Below, piece after piece: positions 1-9,164 of a stretch of 64,000 bases of DNA. A program made the position numbers and the translations under genes. Below the pieces are notes generated by a model. The model was not told the origin of the DNA. It did not search any database and was given only the letters and a program-made list of their open reading frames with translations. Source of the stretch: Betaproteobacteria bacterium RIFCSPLOWO2_12_FULL_62_58 (GTDB taxonomy: Bacteria > Pseudomonadota > Gammaproteobacteria > Burkholderiales > SG8-41); assembly GCA_001772005.1 (NCBI GenBank), contig MERI01000103.1, forward strand, positions 18,232 through 82,231, written 5' to 3'. Positions within the stretch are counted from its first letter, which is position 1; each line of letters begins with the position of its first letter.

Positions 1-2
1 AA

Positions 3-1553
3 GTGCGCGAGAAGGGCGGACGGCTGGTCGCGCTGTGGGGTGCCGACAATAGCGATCGGGGCGAGGCATTCGCCGTGCACGCGGCGCTGACGGTGCAGTC
101 GGGACTGCTGGTGGTGACGTTGCCGCTGGACGGCGCGGGCTTTCCCGACGTTTCCGACGTTTTTCCTGCGGCGAACCGGATGCAGCGTGCGGTCCACGAT
201 CTGTTCGGCGTGAGCGCCGAGAACGCGGCCGATCAGCGCAAGTGGCTGCGTCACGCCGCCTGGCCGGTGGACGTCTTTCCGTTGCGGAAAGACGTCGCTG
301 GCGGTTCAAAGTTCAAAGTTCAAAGTTCAGAGTTCAAAGTTCAGGGTTCCAAGTTGCAACCCGAAACTCAGAACATTGAACCCGGAACCCAGAACCTTGA
401 ACCTGGAACCTTGAACCTGGAACCTGGAACCGAACCAACGGACGACTATCCTTTCGTGCGCGTGGAAGGAGAAGGCGTGCATGAGATACCTGTGGGGCCG
501 GTGCACGCCGGCACCATCGAGCCGGGACATTTCCGTTTCTCCATCGTCGGCGAGGGCGTTCTGCGGCTGGAAGAGCGGCTCGGCTACAAGCACAAGGGCA
601 TCGAGAAGCGCTTCGAGTCGATGACGCTTGCCGAGGGCGCCAGGCTCGCCGGACGGGTGTCAGGCGATTCCACGGTGGCGTACGCCTGGGCCTATGCGAT
701 GGCGGTGGAAAGCGTGACCGGCGTGACGCCGCCGCCGCGCGCGCTGTGGCTTCGGGCGTTGCTGCTGGAACGCGAGCGGGTCGGGCAGCACCTGTGGGAC
801 TTGGGTTTCCTCGGGAACGATGCGGGACTCGCGTTCGGGCTGGCGCAGTTTTCGCGACTCAGGGAAGACTGGTTGCGTGTAAGCCACGCGTTGTTCGGCC
901 ACCGCTACCTGATGGACGCCATCGTGCCGGGCGGCGTTGCGCGGGACATCCACGCCGAAGGCATTGCCCGAATTCGGGGCGAAATCGACGGGATCGGCAA
1001 GACAGTCGTGCTGCTGAAGGACATCTACGATGAGCACGCCGGGCTGCAGGACCGCTTCATCGGCTGCGGGCGCGTCAAACCCGATCTCGCGGACCGGATG
1101 GGACTGACCGGACTGGCCGGTCGCGCAAGCGCGGTAGCGTGGGATCTGCGCGTGCAGTTCCCGCCGATCCCCTACGACGAGTTCGAAGTGCGCATGGCCA
1201 CGCACCGCAACGGTGACGTCGCGGCGCGCGTCACGGTGCGCTTTGAGGAGATCGCGGAGTCGCTGCGTCTGATCGGCCTGATCCTTTCCAGCCTGCCCAT
1301 AGGCGACATCGCTGCGCGCGTGCCGGATGCGCCCGAGAACGCATTCGGCATCGGCTGGGTGGAGGGCTGGCGCGGCGAAGTGCTGATTGCGCTGGAGACG
1401 GGTGCGAACAACAGCATCCGCCGGCTGCACCCGCACGATCCGTCGTGGCAGAACTGGCCGCTGCTCGAACGCGCGGTGCTGGGCAACATCGTGCCGGATT
1501 TTCCGCTGATCAACAAGTCATTCAACCTGTCGTATAGCGGGCAGGACTTATAG
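3..1553 (+). CDS. Hydrogenase-4/Ehr complex large subunit (HyfG/HycE-like, NuoC+NuoD architecture), probably 5'-truncated by the window edge; lacks Ni-binding cysteines
   Basis: GPVHAGTIEPGHFRF and LGYKHKGIEK motifs. RVSGDS replaces RxCxxC and DFPLINKSFNLSYSGQDL replaces DPCxxC. Contains a repeat-derived insertion at 304-430. Confidence 0.88.
   Translation: MREKGGRLVALWGADNSDRGEAFAVHAALTVQSGLLVVTLPLDGAGFPDVSDVFPAANRMQRAVHDLFGVSAENAADQRKWLRHAAWPVDVFPLRKDVAGGSKFKVQSSEFKVQGSKLQPETQNIEPGTQNLEPGTLNLEPGTEPTDDYPFVRVEGEGVHEIPVGPVHAGTIEPGHFRFSIVGEGVLRLEERLGYKHKGIEKRFESMTLAEGARLAGRVSGDSTVAYAWAYAMAVESVTGVTPPPRALWLRALLLERERVGQHLWDLGFLGNDAGLAFGLAQFSRLREDWLRVSHALFGHRYLMDAIVPGGVARDIHAEGIARIRGEIDGIGKTVVLLKDIYDEHAGLQDRFIGCGRVKPDLADRMGLTGLAGRASAVAWDLRVQFPPIPYDEFEVRMATHRNGDVAARVTVRFEEIAESLRLIGLILSSLPIGDIAARVPDAPENAFGIGWVEGWRGEVLIALETGANNSIRRLHPHDPSWQNWPLLERAVLGNIVPDFPLINKSFNLSYSGQDL
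304..430. repeat. Inverted heptamer tandem array (8x GTTCAAA-like, 10x CTGGAAC-like) in frame within the large-subunit gene
   Basis: Units read directly; central palindrome GTTGCAAC at 353-360. Confidence 0.92.
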
Positions 1554-1557
1554 AAGC

Positions 1558-1701
1558 GTGAACGAGTGAACGGGTGAACAAGTGAACGGGCCAGAAAAGC
1601 GCAATACCCTCTCTCCCGGTCTTCGGGGGAGAGCCTGCACAGTAGGCGAGGGGGCCGGGCAGGGTGAGGGGGCTCACTCGTTCACCCGTTCAGTCGTTCA
1701 C
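1558..1701. repeat. Inverted octamer array (GTGAACGR / YCGTTCAC) enclosing a CCCTCTC..GGGAGAG..GGGTGAGGG palindromic element
   Basis: 4 units at 1558-1589, 3-4 complementary units at 1671-1701, nested element at about 1607-1672. Confidence 0.85.
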
Positions 1702-1741
1702 CGAGCAATGTGTAAGTGGTTTGCATACCGAGAGAGATGGC

Positions 1742-2257
1742 ATGTATCAACTGCTTAAGCAAATCGCCGTCGTTGGCATCAAGACCGAGGCGCCGCCTGA
1801 AGCGGATGAGGCGCTGCGTGTCGCTGCGCAGCGCCTACAGGCGGAAATCCTCGGTCATTTCGTGGGGGCGCTGACGATCCGCCACGTCGACGCCGGTTCG
1901 TGCAACGGCTGCGAGTTGGAGATCAACGCGCTCAGCAACCCGTACTACAACCTCGAAGGGCTGGGGATCAAGTTCGTTGCCAGCCCGCGCCATGCGGATA
2001 TGCTGCTCGTCACCGGCCCGGTGTCACGCCACATGGAGGTGGCGCTCAAGCGCACCTACGACGCGACGCCGGATCCGAAGCTGGTGATCGCCATCGGCGA
2101 TTGCGGCTGCACCGGCGGGATCTTCGGCGAGAGCTACGCGAGTTGCGGGCGCGTTTCGAACTTGATTCCGGTGGATGTCGCGGTGCCGGGTTGCCCGCCC
2201 ACGCCAATCGCAATCATGCAGGGCATCCTCACGGCGATTGCCTTAAAAAAAGCTTAG
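1742..2257 (+). CDS. Hydrogenase-4/Ehr small subunit (NuoB/HycG/HyfI-like Fe-S protein)
   Basis: GSCNGCELE, ASPRHADMLLVTGPV, GDC, VPGCPPTP; ATG at 1742. Confidence 0.9.
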   Translation: MYQLLKQIAVVGIKTEAPPEADEALRVAAQRLQAEILGHFVGALTIRHVDAGSCNGCELEINALSNPYYNLEGLGIKFVASPRHADMLLVTGPVSRHMEVALKRTYDATPDPKLVIAIGDCGCTGGIFGESYASCGRVSNLIPVDVAVPGCPPTPIAIMQGILTAIALKKA

Positions 2258-2377
2258 CCGCCAAGGACGCTAAGGACGCAGAGGAAATACTGAAAAATAG
2301 CAAGAAGGAATCATGGATCGGTGACAGCCCTGCGAGTGGGGACCGGTTGGAGCGATGAGAGCTAGGCGGAGCGTCGA

Positions 2378-3235
2378 GTGACGCCCGGCGTCGAACACGC
2401 GCTCGGCGCGATGCTGTTTTACGGGCTGGCGGACCTCGTCTACAAGCGCGCCGCCGCGGCGGGCGTGCAGGCTCGCCATTTCCTGATGGTGCAGGCCTGG
2501 TGCTTTGCGCCGGCCATCGTGCTCTACGGTCTTGCCACCGGCACGCTCCAGGCCGGAACCGCCATGCTGTGGGGCATGGGAGCGGGTCTTCTCATATTCG
2601 TCGCGCTCTACAACTTCGCGCGCAGCCTCGCGGGCGGTGCCGTAAGCGTCAATGCACCGATCTTCCGCCTGAGCTTCGCGATCACCGTGGCGCTCGCGGT
2701 GCTCCTGCTCGCGGAGCCGCTCACTGCCTGGAAGCTCGGCGGCCTCGCGGCCGCGCTCGCGGCGGTGTGGCTGCTCTTGGGTGCGCGGGAATCCGGCGCG
2801 AGACCGGAGCGCCGCGAGAGCGGATCGTCCCTCGCGCGCGTGCTCGTCGCCACCATCGCGATGGGAATCGTCAATCTGTTCTACAAGCTGGGAACGCTCG
2901 CTGGCGGGAGCTCCGCCACCGTGCTCGCCGGGCAGGCGAGCGTCTTCATAGTGCTCGCCACCGGTTTTGCCTGGACGGCGGACCGCGGGATCCGGCCGTC
3001 GCGCGCAACCTGGTCCCATGCCCCGGCGGCGGCCGTGCTCCTTCTTTTCGCGACCGTGATGCTGCTCGCAGGCCTCGCGCACGGCGAAGCGAGTGTGCTG
3101 GTGCCGATCGCGCAGATGAGCTTCGTCGTCACCGCGACGCTGGGGCTCGCATTCCTGCGCGAGTCGTTTACCGCGCGCAAGGCGGCGGGCCTCGCCTTTG
3201 CCGTCGCCGCGCTCGCGTTCCTCGCGAAAAGCTGA
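2378..3235 (+). CDS. EamA/DMT family transporter
   Basis: About 10 hydrophobic segments in two repeats; ASVLVPIAQMSFVV and LRESFT motifs. Confidence 0.8.
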   Translation: MTPGVEHALGAMLFYGLADLVYKRAAAAGVQARHFLMVQAWCFAPAIVLYGLATGTLQAGTAMLWGMGAGLLIFVALYNFARSLAGGAVSVNAPIFRLSFAITVALAVLLLAEPLTAWKLGGLAAALAAVWLLLGARESGARPERRESGSSLARVLVATIAMGIVNLFYKLGTLAGGSSATVLAGQASVFIVLATGFAWTADRGIRPSRATWSHAPAAAVLLLFATVMLLAGLAHGEASVLVPIAQMSFVVTATLGLAFLRESFTARKAAGLAFAVAALAFLAKS

Positions 3236-3414
3236 ATCGCCAGGACGCGAACTGATTAATCCGCGGTCATCGTTCGAGCCCAGCTTGGGCAGGCAATTAA
3301 GAGCAGAACTCGGTAACGGATTTCCCCTGATTTTGCTTTAAGCTGATATGCGGGCGTATTATCGTAACGGACGTATCCGTAGCCCGGTGTTACCGCGTAC
3401 GTAAAGCAAAGTTC

Positions 3415-4572
3415 ATGACTGCGACAGAAGAACCCGTGGATCGAGAAGAGCCGCAACGTATGCGCGACGCGACGAATGGGCCAACGTTAGGTGACTCGGG
3501 AACAGAAACTACGGACGGCTACCTTTATATCCTCGTCAATCAATACGTCCCAAGTCTTGTCAAGATAGGTTACACCGACCGCGATCCCCATGTTCGCGCA
3601 ACCGAGCTTAGCGGCACAACCGGGGTTCCAGGGCAATGGGTGGTTAGACACTACTGGCTGCTTGAGAACGCCTTCCAGTGGGAGCAGAGGATATTTTTGG
3701 CGCTACGTAAGCACCGCGAAACTGGCGAGTTTTTTAAAATCAGCGCCGAGACCGCTATTGGCCGGATAGAACTATTGCTACTCCAAGCAGGCGCAATAGA
3801 TGCGTCCGGCATGTCCGCAGCAGGGCGGCGCGAACTAGCACGACAGGATGCAGCAAGAAAACGAGAAGAACAAAGGCTCATCGACCAACAGCAAGAACAA
3901 ATTGCCGAACAAGACAGACAACGACAATTTGACACTGCTTGGGAACAAGGTTGGCCGAGCCACGTGCAACCCTGGTGCAAGCTAGTTCACTTCTGCGGTG
4001 AACAGATGAAAACGTACTCGCGTCCGGGCCTTCTCCATAAAATGATAAACGGCACCATTGACGTTGACATTAGTGTGACCAAATGCCTCGTCCACATTCT
4101 CGGATGGGAGCGTCGTAGCTTTCCGAGCACCCAGAAGGTAGCACGTGAGATCAACGAATTAATTCCCCACCTCCGCAAATGGCATGGATACCCGCGTTTG
4201 CTTGCGCTTCTTCCAGAGATGTTCACTGCCTCACGCCGAGCACGCGAGTTCATTCTTCATCTAAACAGCCAGTATGGGCGACGGACGCCAAGTGGATGGG
4301 GCGGCAACGGACCTTGCTGCAAGCGGAGCCAATATTGGAATGGAGGAGAATGGTACGAGAAACCAGATATTACGTTTTTATACGGGATGCCCGAAACTTG
4401 GCCAGCGTTAGAGATACGATTGGCAACGCAAAAAGTCTTTGGGCTAAGTGGTGACGAGGCTACCGCGCTCTTGCAAAGCGAACCCGCGATGAGAACCACC
4501 CTGATGAACCTCGCAACAAACTCACTTCCTCCCGAGTCCCAGTACGGGAAGGATTGCGTCCCATACGTCTGA
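3415..4572 (+). CDS. T5orf172 (GIY-YIG-like) domain protein with coiled coil and unknown C-terminus; start uncertain
   Basis: GYLYILVN..LVKIGYT..DPHVRATELS..TGVP..EQRIF..GEFF; codon usage differs from the core genes. Confidence 0.72.
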   Translation: MTATEEPVDREEPQRMRDATNGPTLGDSGTETTDGYLYILVNQYVPSLVKIGYTDRDPHVRATELSGTTGVPGQWVVRHYWLLENAFQWEQRIFLALRKHRETGEFFKISAETAIGRIELLLLQAGAIDASGMSAAGRRELARQDAARKREEQRLIDQQQEQIAEQDRQRQFDTAWEQGWPSHVQPWCKLVHFCGEQMKTYSRPGLLHKMINGTIDVDISVTKCLVHILGWERRSFPSTQKVAREINELIPHLRKWHGYPRLLALLPEMFTASRRAREFILHLNSQYGRRTPSGWGGNGPCCKRSQYWNGGEWYEKPDITFLYGMPETWPALEIRLATQKVFGLSGDEATALLQSEPAMRTTLMNLATNSLPPESQYGKDCVPYV

Positions 4573-4702
4573 CCAGCCCACCCTGAACGCGACGCGCGAA
4601 ACAGTCTCGCATGCCGATTCGCTCATATCGTCATGCAAGATTCTTCGTTCGGCCGAGGCAAACGACATTTTTGAAACGCGAAGAAGGCCAGACGGTACTC
4701 CC

Positions 4703-5512
4703 TTGCTGACCGAAACACTCGGGCAGCCCACGGTCTACCTCGACAACTGGGCGTTGAATGACATCGCCACAGCGAACGCTCTCTGCTCCCGCTTTGTATC
4801 TGCCATGACGCGCAAATCCGGGACACTACGGATTTCAGTCTCAAACATCGTGGAACTTCTCAAGCAGACGGACAGCGCGCAGGTCAAGCAGATATTGCAC
4901 TTGATCGATGCGGTTGACACCGGTTTCATCAACGTCAACTTCGGGGAAGTCATACGGCAAGAGAACCGACTCCTTATTGATCCAACAGAGTGCGAGAATC
5001 CCAGCCGCGAGTTCACGGTGATTTACAATTACCTGCTGGCTCTACAATGGCCGGAAGTCTGGTCAATCGCTGATATCGTGCAACATGTTCTTGCCAACAG
5101 TGATAATCGCGTGTTCTTGCAAAGCTATGGCTCTTTCGCAGACAAGATGAAAGCGTTCTTCAGTGTCCACCGCGCCAACCCAGAGTACATGAAGAAAGAG
5201 GTGGCCAGATCTTATTCGGGACGGCAGCAGAAGCCAAAGTATTGCACCGCTACGCGTGAACTCGTGACACACAGCTTTGATTTCATAATTCAAAATAGAG
5301 AGATGAACATGCCAGCGAAGGAGTGGCATGATCTCTACCACACTATCGTTCCCGTTGCATATTGCGATATCGTGTTTGTTGACGGTCGCTGGGCGGACTT
5401 CGTCTCGCAGTCTGGTCTCAAACCACCAGCGATTGCGGCGGTTTTCAAGAAGCAATCTCTTGACGCGGGTATGGATGCCATTGAGGGCTGGGAACCATCT
5501 GTCGAACTGTGA
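4703..5512 (+). CDS. Hypothetical protein, possibly PIN-like fold
   Basis: N-terminal VYLDNWAL and C-terminal DLYH..AYCDIVFVD acidic pattern; TTG start; atypical composition. Confidence 0.55.
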   Translation: MLTETLGQPTVYLDNWALNDIATANALCSRFVSAMTRKSGTLRISVSNIVELLKQTDSAQVKQILHLIDAVDTGFINVNFGEVIRQENRLLIDPTECENPSREFTVIYNYLLALQWPEVWSIADIVQHVLANSDNRVFLQSYGSFADKMKAFFSVHRANPEYMKKEVARSYSGRQQKPKYCTATRELVTHSFDFIIQNREMNMPAKEWHDLYHTIVPVAYCDIVFVDGRWADFVSQSGLKPPAIAAVFKKQSLDAGMDAIEGWEPSVEL

Positions 5513-5521
5513 GCGGTAGGC

Positions 5522-5613
5522 ATGCAACATCGGCATCGATCTCACAGTCGCAAACATAGCTTGCGACTCCTCGGTCTATAGGCCTCGGCCGGAGCTCATG
5601 CCGGGCGCTAAAT
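5522..5613 (+). mobile_element. Degenerate attC-like site
   Basis: ATGCAAC..CGGCATCGA..TC-ATGCCG..GCTAAAT, with the same stem and extrahelical base as the intact attC at 60939-61017. GCTAAATCTTC (5607-5617) is nearly complementary to GAAGATCTAAT (6339-6349) at the end of the next gene. Confidence 0.6.
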
Positions 5614-5622
5614 CTTCATCAT

Positions 5623-6348
5623 ATGCCTCCTGAACGCGAAAGCCCGACCTGGCTTGATTACTTCTCCGGCGGCGTACCGACTGGTGAGTTCTTCCGAATG
5701 ACGTTGGAAGATTTAGCCATGATCGTCGATGAATCCTCAAAAAGACCGAGCCGCGTCAACGAGGTCTGCTACATCGGACTCATCGCATATTTCGAAGCAT
5801 TCTGTAAAGACCACTTCGCGTCTGTGCTGAACATTGAGCCGACGCTACTGGGTGCTCTGCGTCAACAAGGGCAGGACATACAAATAGATCCCACGCGCTT
5901 GATAGAGCTACAGGAGGAGTGGCCATATCGTCTCGGCTTCCTCGTCGCGGAGAAGTTCGACTTTGGCACGCCCCAGAAGGTCAATGCACTGTACGGTGCC
6001 TTGCTCAAGGTAAGCCCGTTCTCAAAAGACGAAGCAACGTTCTACGAGAAAATGCTGAACGATAGGAACTTGCTAGTGCACCACGGCGGAACGCACACGT
6101 TCACGTACCTGCGCCAGGCCAAGCTTGGGACTGATGGCGCCGGGTACCGTCCCTATTTCAGCTCCCTACCCGTGACTGCGGAGTATTTCGAGAAACGACG
6201 GGTGTTCGTTGAAGGGATCGCCAAGAAGACTTTGAAGACCACGCACGCAGCGCTTAAGCACTATTCGACGGAACTGGGCGTCCAATACACACCGGAACGA
6301 GAGAAGGCGATGAATGCATTCTTGTGGTGGGGCGAGGAGAAGATCTAA
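5623..6348 (+). CDS. HEPN-domain protein (putative RNase)
   Basis: IAYFEAFCKD helix and RNLLVH (Rx4H) motif. Confidence 0.68.
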   Translation: MPPERESPTWLDYFSGGVPTGEFFRMTLEDLAMIVDESSKRPSRVNEVCYIGLIAYFEAFCKDHFASVLNIEPTLLGALRQQGQDIQIDPTRLIELQEEWPYRLGFLVAEKFDFGTPQKVNALYGALLKVSPFSKDEATFYEKMLNDRNLLVHHGGTHTFTYLRQAKLGTDGAGYRPYFSSLPVTAEYFEKRRVFVEGIAKKTLKTTHAALKHYSTELGVQYTPEREKAMNAFLWWGEEKI

Positions 6349-6569
6349 TGTTCGCGTGCAAGGGTGGCGCTCTTCCCCGATGGTGGTCGTTAAGGCGGCA
6401 CCTTAATCAGCCAAGAGTGCCTATGGTTGCCCGAATCGGGGAGGCAGATAGGGCTCGAACTCCTGAGGCGATCCCATTGATACTGTACCTTACGAGTGTC
6501 CGCTGCTAACCTGTCGGGCACGTCATCACTTATCGCACGACCAGCAACGCCACTCGCATCTTGCAACTC

Positions 6570-6998
6570 ATGGCACGTTTACTAACAGTTCTCCTGCTCA
6601 CAGGCCTGAGCTCGGCAATCATCGCGCTGGTCTCATGTGCGGGCGGAGGTGCTCCGAGTGATCGCTCGCCGGCGAGCGGCGAGCGCGCGAGAGTCTTGGC
6701 GCCGATCGAGGCGGCGGAACTCGTTGTGCGCGAATCGCTTCCGCCCCAATATGCAGTGCGCATTACATCGGGATTGCCAAGCGGCTGCGCCGCCTTCGAC
6801 GGCATCGAAGTCAAACGCGAAGCGAGAAACGCCGATCTCACCGTCTGGAACACGGTACCGGCCGACAAGCGCATCATCTGCACGATGATCTACGGGATCG
6901 CCCGCCACACCGTGGAACTCGGCAGCGATTTCGCGCCGGGGGAGACCTACACCGTGCGCGTCAACGGCGAGCCGAAGATCACGTTCACTGCCCGATAA
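6570..6998 (+). CDS. Hypothetical lipoprotein/exported protein
   Basis: Hydrophobic signal ending LVSC; GLPSGC..ICTMIYG..YTVRVNG. Confidence 0.65.
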   Translation: MARLLTVLLLTGLSSAIIALVSCAGGGAPSDRSPASGERARVLAPIEAAELVVRESLPPQYAVRITSGLPSGCAAFDGIEVKREARNADLTVWNTVPADKRIICTMIYGIARHTVELGSDFAPGETYTVRVNGEPKITFTAR

Positions 6999-7036
6999 AG
7001 GAAGGTTAGGAAAGAGGTGACGCAAGGAGTTAGATT

Positions 7037-7074
7037 CACCCCCACCTTGATCCTCCCCCATCAAGGGGGAGGAG
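7037..7074. repeat. CACCCC..CCTCCCCC-loop-GGGGGAGG palindromic (REP-like) element between convergent genes
   Basis: CACCCCCACCTTGATCCTCCCCCATCAAGGGGGAGGAG; same family as the elements inside mod. Confidence 0.75.
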
Positions 7075-7171
7075 AAGTTTTTCTATCTTCCCCACCGAGC
7101 GAGAGGAGAAGTTTTTTGTCGGCTTCCACCCGGCGACCGTCCGAGCATCTCGCCGTGCGGGCGAGAGCAGT

Positions 7172-8038
7172 TCACTTCTTGAGTGCCTGCGCGAAGAATT
7201 CCGTGGTGCGCCGTATTGCGTCCTCGCGTGCCTGCGGATTCTCGCCGACGGTGGCACCGAGGCGGTCCGGCTTGTTGAGGTTCCGCACGTTCGGCCGGTA
7301 GCGGACCGGCGAGTTGATGCGGTCGAAGCTGTGATAGGCGCCGGGATAGGTGACGATCTCGATCGTCGCGCCTGCGGTTTGAGCGATGGAGACAAGTTCC
7401 CTGCATGCCACGGCCGGCGTCCAGTCATCCGCTTCTCCGGAAAGAATCAGCAGCGGCGCGTAAGGCCGGTAGGGCGTTTTCGCTTTTGAGAGCGTGCGGC
7501 AGCCGGGATAGAACGCGACTGCCGCGCGGAAGTCCGGCTCGCGGTGGCTCGCCTCGCGCATGCTGTAGAGCGTTCCGGTCCCGCCATTCGACCAGCCCAG
7601 CAAACCAATTCTTCCCGCAGCGACGTACGGCTGCTTGCTGAGCCATTGCAGGGCGGCATAAGCGTCTTCAACCCGTTCCCGGCTTTCCAGGATCGGGCGC
7701 TTCTGCAGCTCGCAGATCGACCATTGGCCGCGCGGCCTGAAGCTGTCGACGAGCAGCGCGACATAACCTTCCTCGCTCAGCGTTTCCGCCCAGTACCGAT
7801 AAGAAGTCGTCACGTATCCCGAAGGTGTGTACATGCCGCCGCAACCGTGGAGCATCACGACGGCGGGAAACGGTCCCGGTCCCTGCGGTCGGAACTGCAG
7901 CCCGCTCAACTGCACCGGCGCGTCGTTGAATTCCTTGAGCGCCGGAAACTCGACCCACTCGGTGTCGTAAGCGCCGCGCGCGGGAACGCAGGTGAACAGC
8001 GTCAGCAACAGCAGGAGGGCGGGAAGAGTTGAACGCAT
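7172..8038 (-). CDS. Dienelactone hydrolase-family alpha/beta hydrolase, exported
   Basis: Signal peptide; HGCGG, GWSNGG nucleophile elbow, DDWTP, YPGAYHSFD. Confidence 0.85.
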   Translation of the reverse strand: MRSTLPALLLLLTLFTCVPARGAYDTEWVEFPALKEFNDAPVQLSGLQFRPQGPGPFPAVVMLHGCGGMYTPSGYVTTSYRYWAETLSEEGYVALLVDSFRPRGQWSICELQKRPILESRERVEDAYAALQWLSKQPYVAAGRIGLLGWSNGGTGTLYSMREASHREPDFRAAVAFYPGCRTLSKAKTPYRPYAPLLILSGEADDWTPAVACRELVSIAQTAGATIEIVTYPGAYHSFDRINSPVRYRPNVRNLNKPDRLGATVGENPQAREDAIRRTTEFFAQALKK

Positions 8039-8044
8039 CGCAGT

Positions 8045-9154
8045 TCAATTCGCACGATATCTGCGGATCATGTCCTGGTCGAGAGCGAGCCCGAAGCCGG
8101 GATCTTTCGAGACCTCGAACATGCCGTCCTTGACCGGCGGCCGGTTCGCCCACATTGCCTGCCACACCGGGTCACGGTCGGGATCGGCGAAGCACTCGAG
8201 ATAGGTGCCGTGCGGCACGGCGGCGAGCAGGTGCTGTGCGATCTGCGCTTCCTCGTGATGCGCCATCTGCACGCCGGCCGCGGCACAGAGTGCCGCGGCG
8301 CGCCGCCAGTCGGTGACGCCGCCGCCTTCCGAGACGTCGTAATTGACGAAGTCCACGGCGTTACCGTCGACAAGCCGCCGCACACCGTGGCTGGTAATCT
8401 CGCACTGTCCAGCGTTGATCGGAATGCGTGTAGCCTGTCGCACGCGCGCCATCAGCGCCACGTCATCGTACCAGTGGCAGGGTTCCTCGAACCAGCGGAT
8501 ATCAAGGGGCTCAACCAGATGGGCGAAACGGATCGCGTCCTGTGCGGTCCAGCCGCGGTTCGCGTCCACGGCAAGGATGAAATCGTCGCCGGCGGCCATG
8601 CGCGCGGCCTCCACGCGCTTGGCGTCCTCTTCCGGCGCGAGGCCGCCGACCTTGAACTTGCAGCCCGCCATACCGGCTTTGCGGTATAGCTCGATCTCCC
8701 GGCCGATGTCGGCGAGCGTCTTGCCGGGCATGTAGTAGCCGCCAATGGAAATGATCGGCAGGCGGTTGCGATAGCCGCCAAGCAGGGCGCAGACGCTCTT
8801 GCCGAGCGCCTTGCCGACCAGATCCCACACAGCGCAGTCGACGCACGCAATGGCTTCAAGCAGCGTCTTGCGGTCACGGCTCGTGTGGGTGAGCGCGAAC
8901 ATCTTCTCCCAGATGCGCTCGCCCTCGAAGATGCTCATGCCTTTGATGAGTGGCGCGAGTTCAACCTGAATGAGCCGCACGATTTCGCGCCCATGCTCGC
9001 GGTTGTCGCCGTTGTAGACTTCGCTGACCAGTCCTTCCCCGGTGCGCATGCGCGTGACGATGGTGCAGCGCTTGAGGACGGAGTAGGTCGAACCGCCGAA
9101 GTTCTTCTTCAGCGGGATCTCGATCGCAATCGCTTCAATTGTTTCGATGCGCAT
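8045..9154 (-). CDS. Mandelate racemase/muconate lactonizing enzyme (enolase superfamily) protein
   Basis: VDCAVWDLVGK, KFKVG, VDANRGW, WFEEP; likely ATG at 9154. Confidence 0.88.
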   Translation of the reverse strand: MRIETIEAIAIEIPLKKNFGGSTYSVLKRCTIVTRMRTGEGLVSEVYNGDNREHGREIVRLIQVELAPLIKGMSIFEGERIWEKMFALTHTSRDRKTLLEAIACVDCAVWDLVGKALGKSVCALLGGYRNRLPIISIGGYYMPGKTLADIGREIELYRKAGMAGCKFKVGGLAPEEDAKRVEAARMAAGDDFILAVDANRGWTAQDAIRFAHLVEPLDIRWFEEPCHWYDDVALMARVRQATRIPINAGQCEITSHGVRRLVDGNAVDFVNYDVSEGGGVTDWRRAAALCAAAGVQMAHHEEAQIAQHLLAAVPHGTYLECFADPDRDPVWQAMWANRPPVKDGMFEVSKDPGFGLALDQDMIRRYRAN

Positions 9155-9164
9155 GATGATATTT

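Noticed and set aside
2258-2285. 9-bp tandem CGCYAAGGA x3 after the small-subunit gene
   Set aside because: Short, single arm, no associated gene; noted but not enough to call an element.
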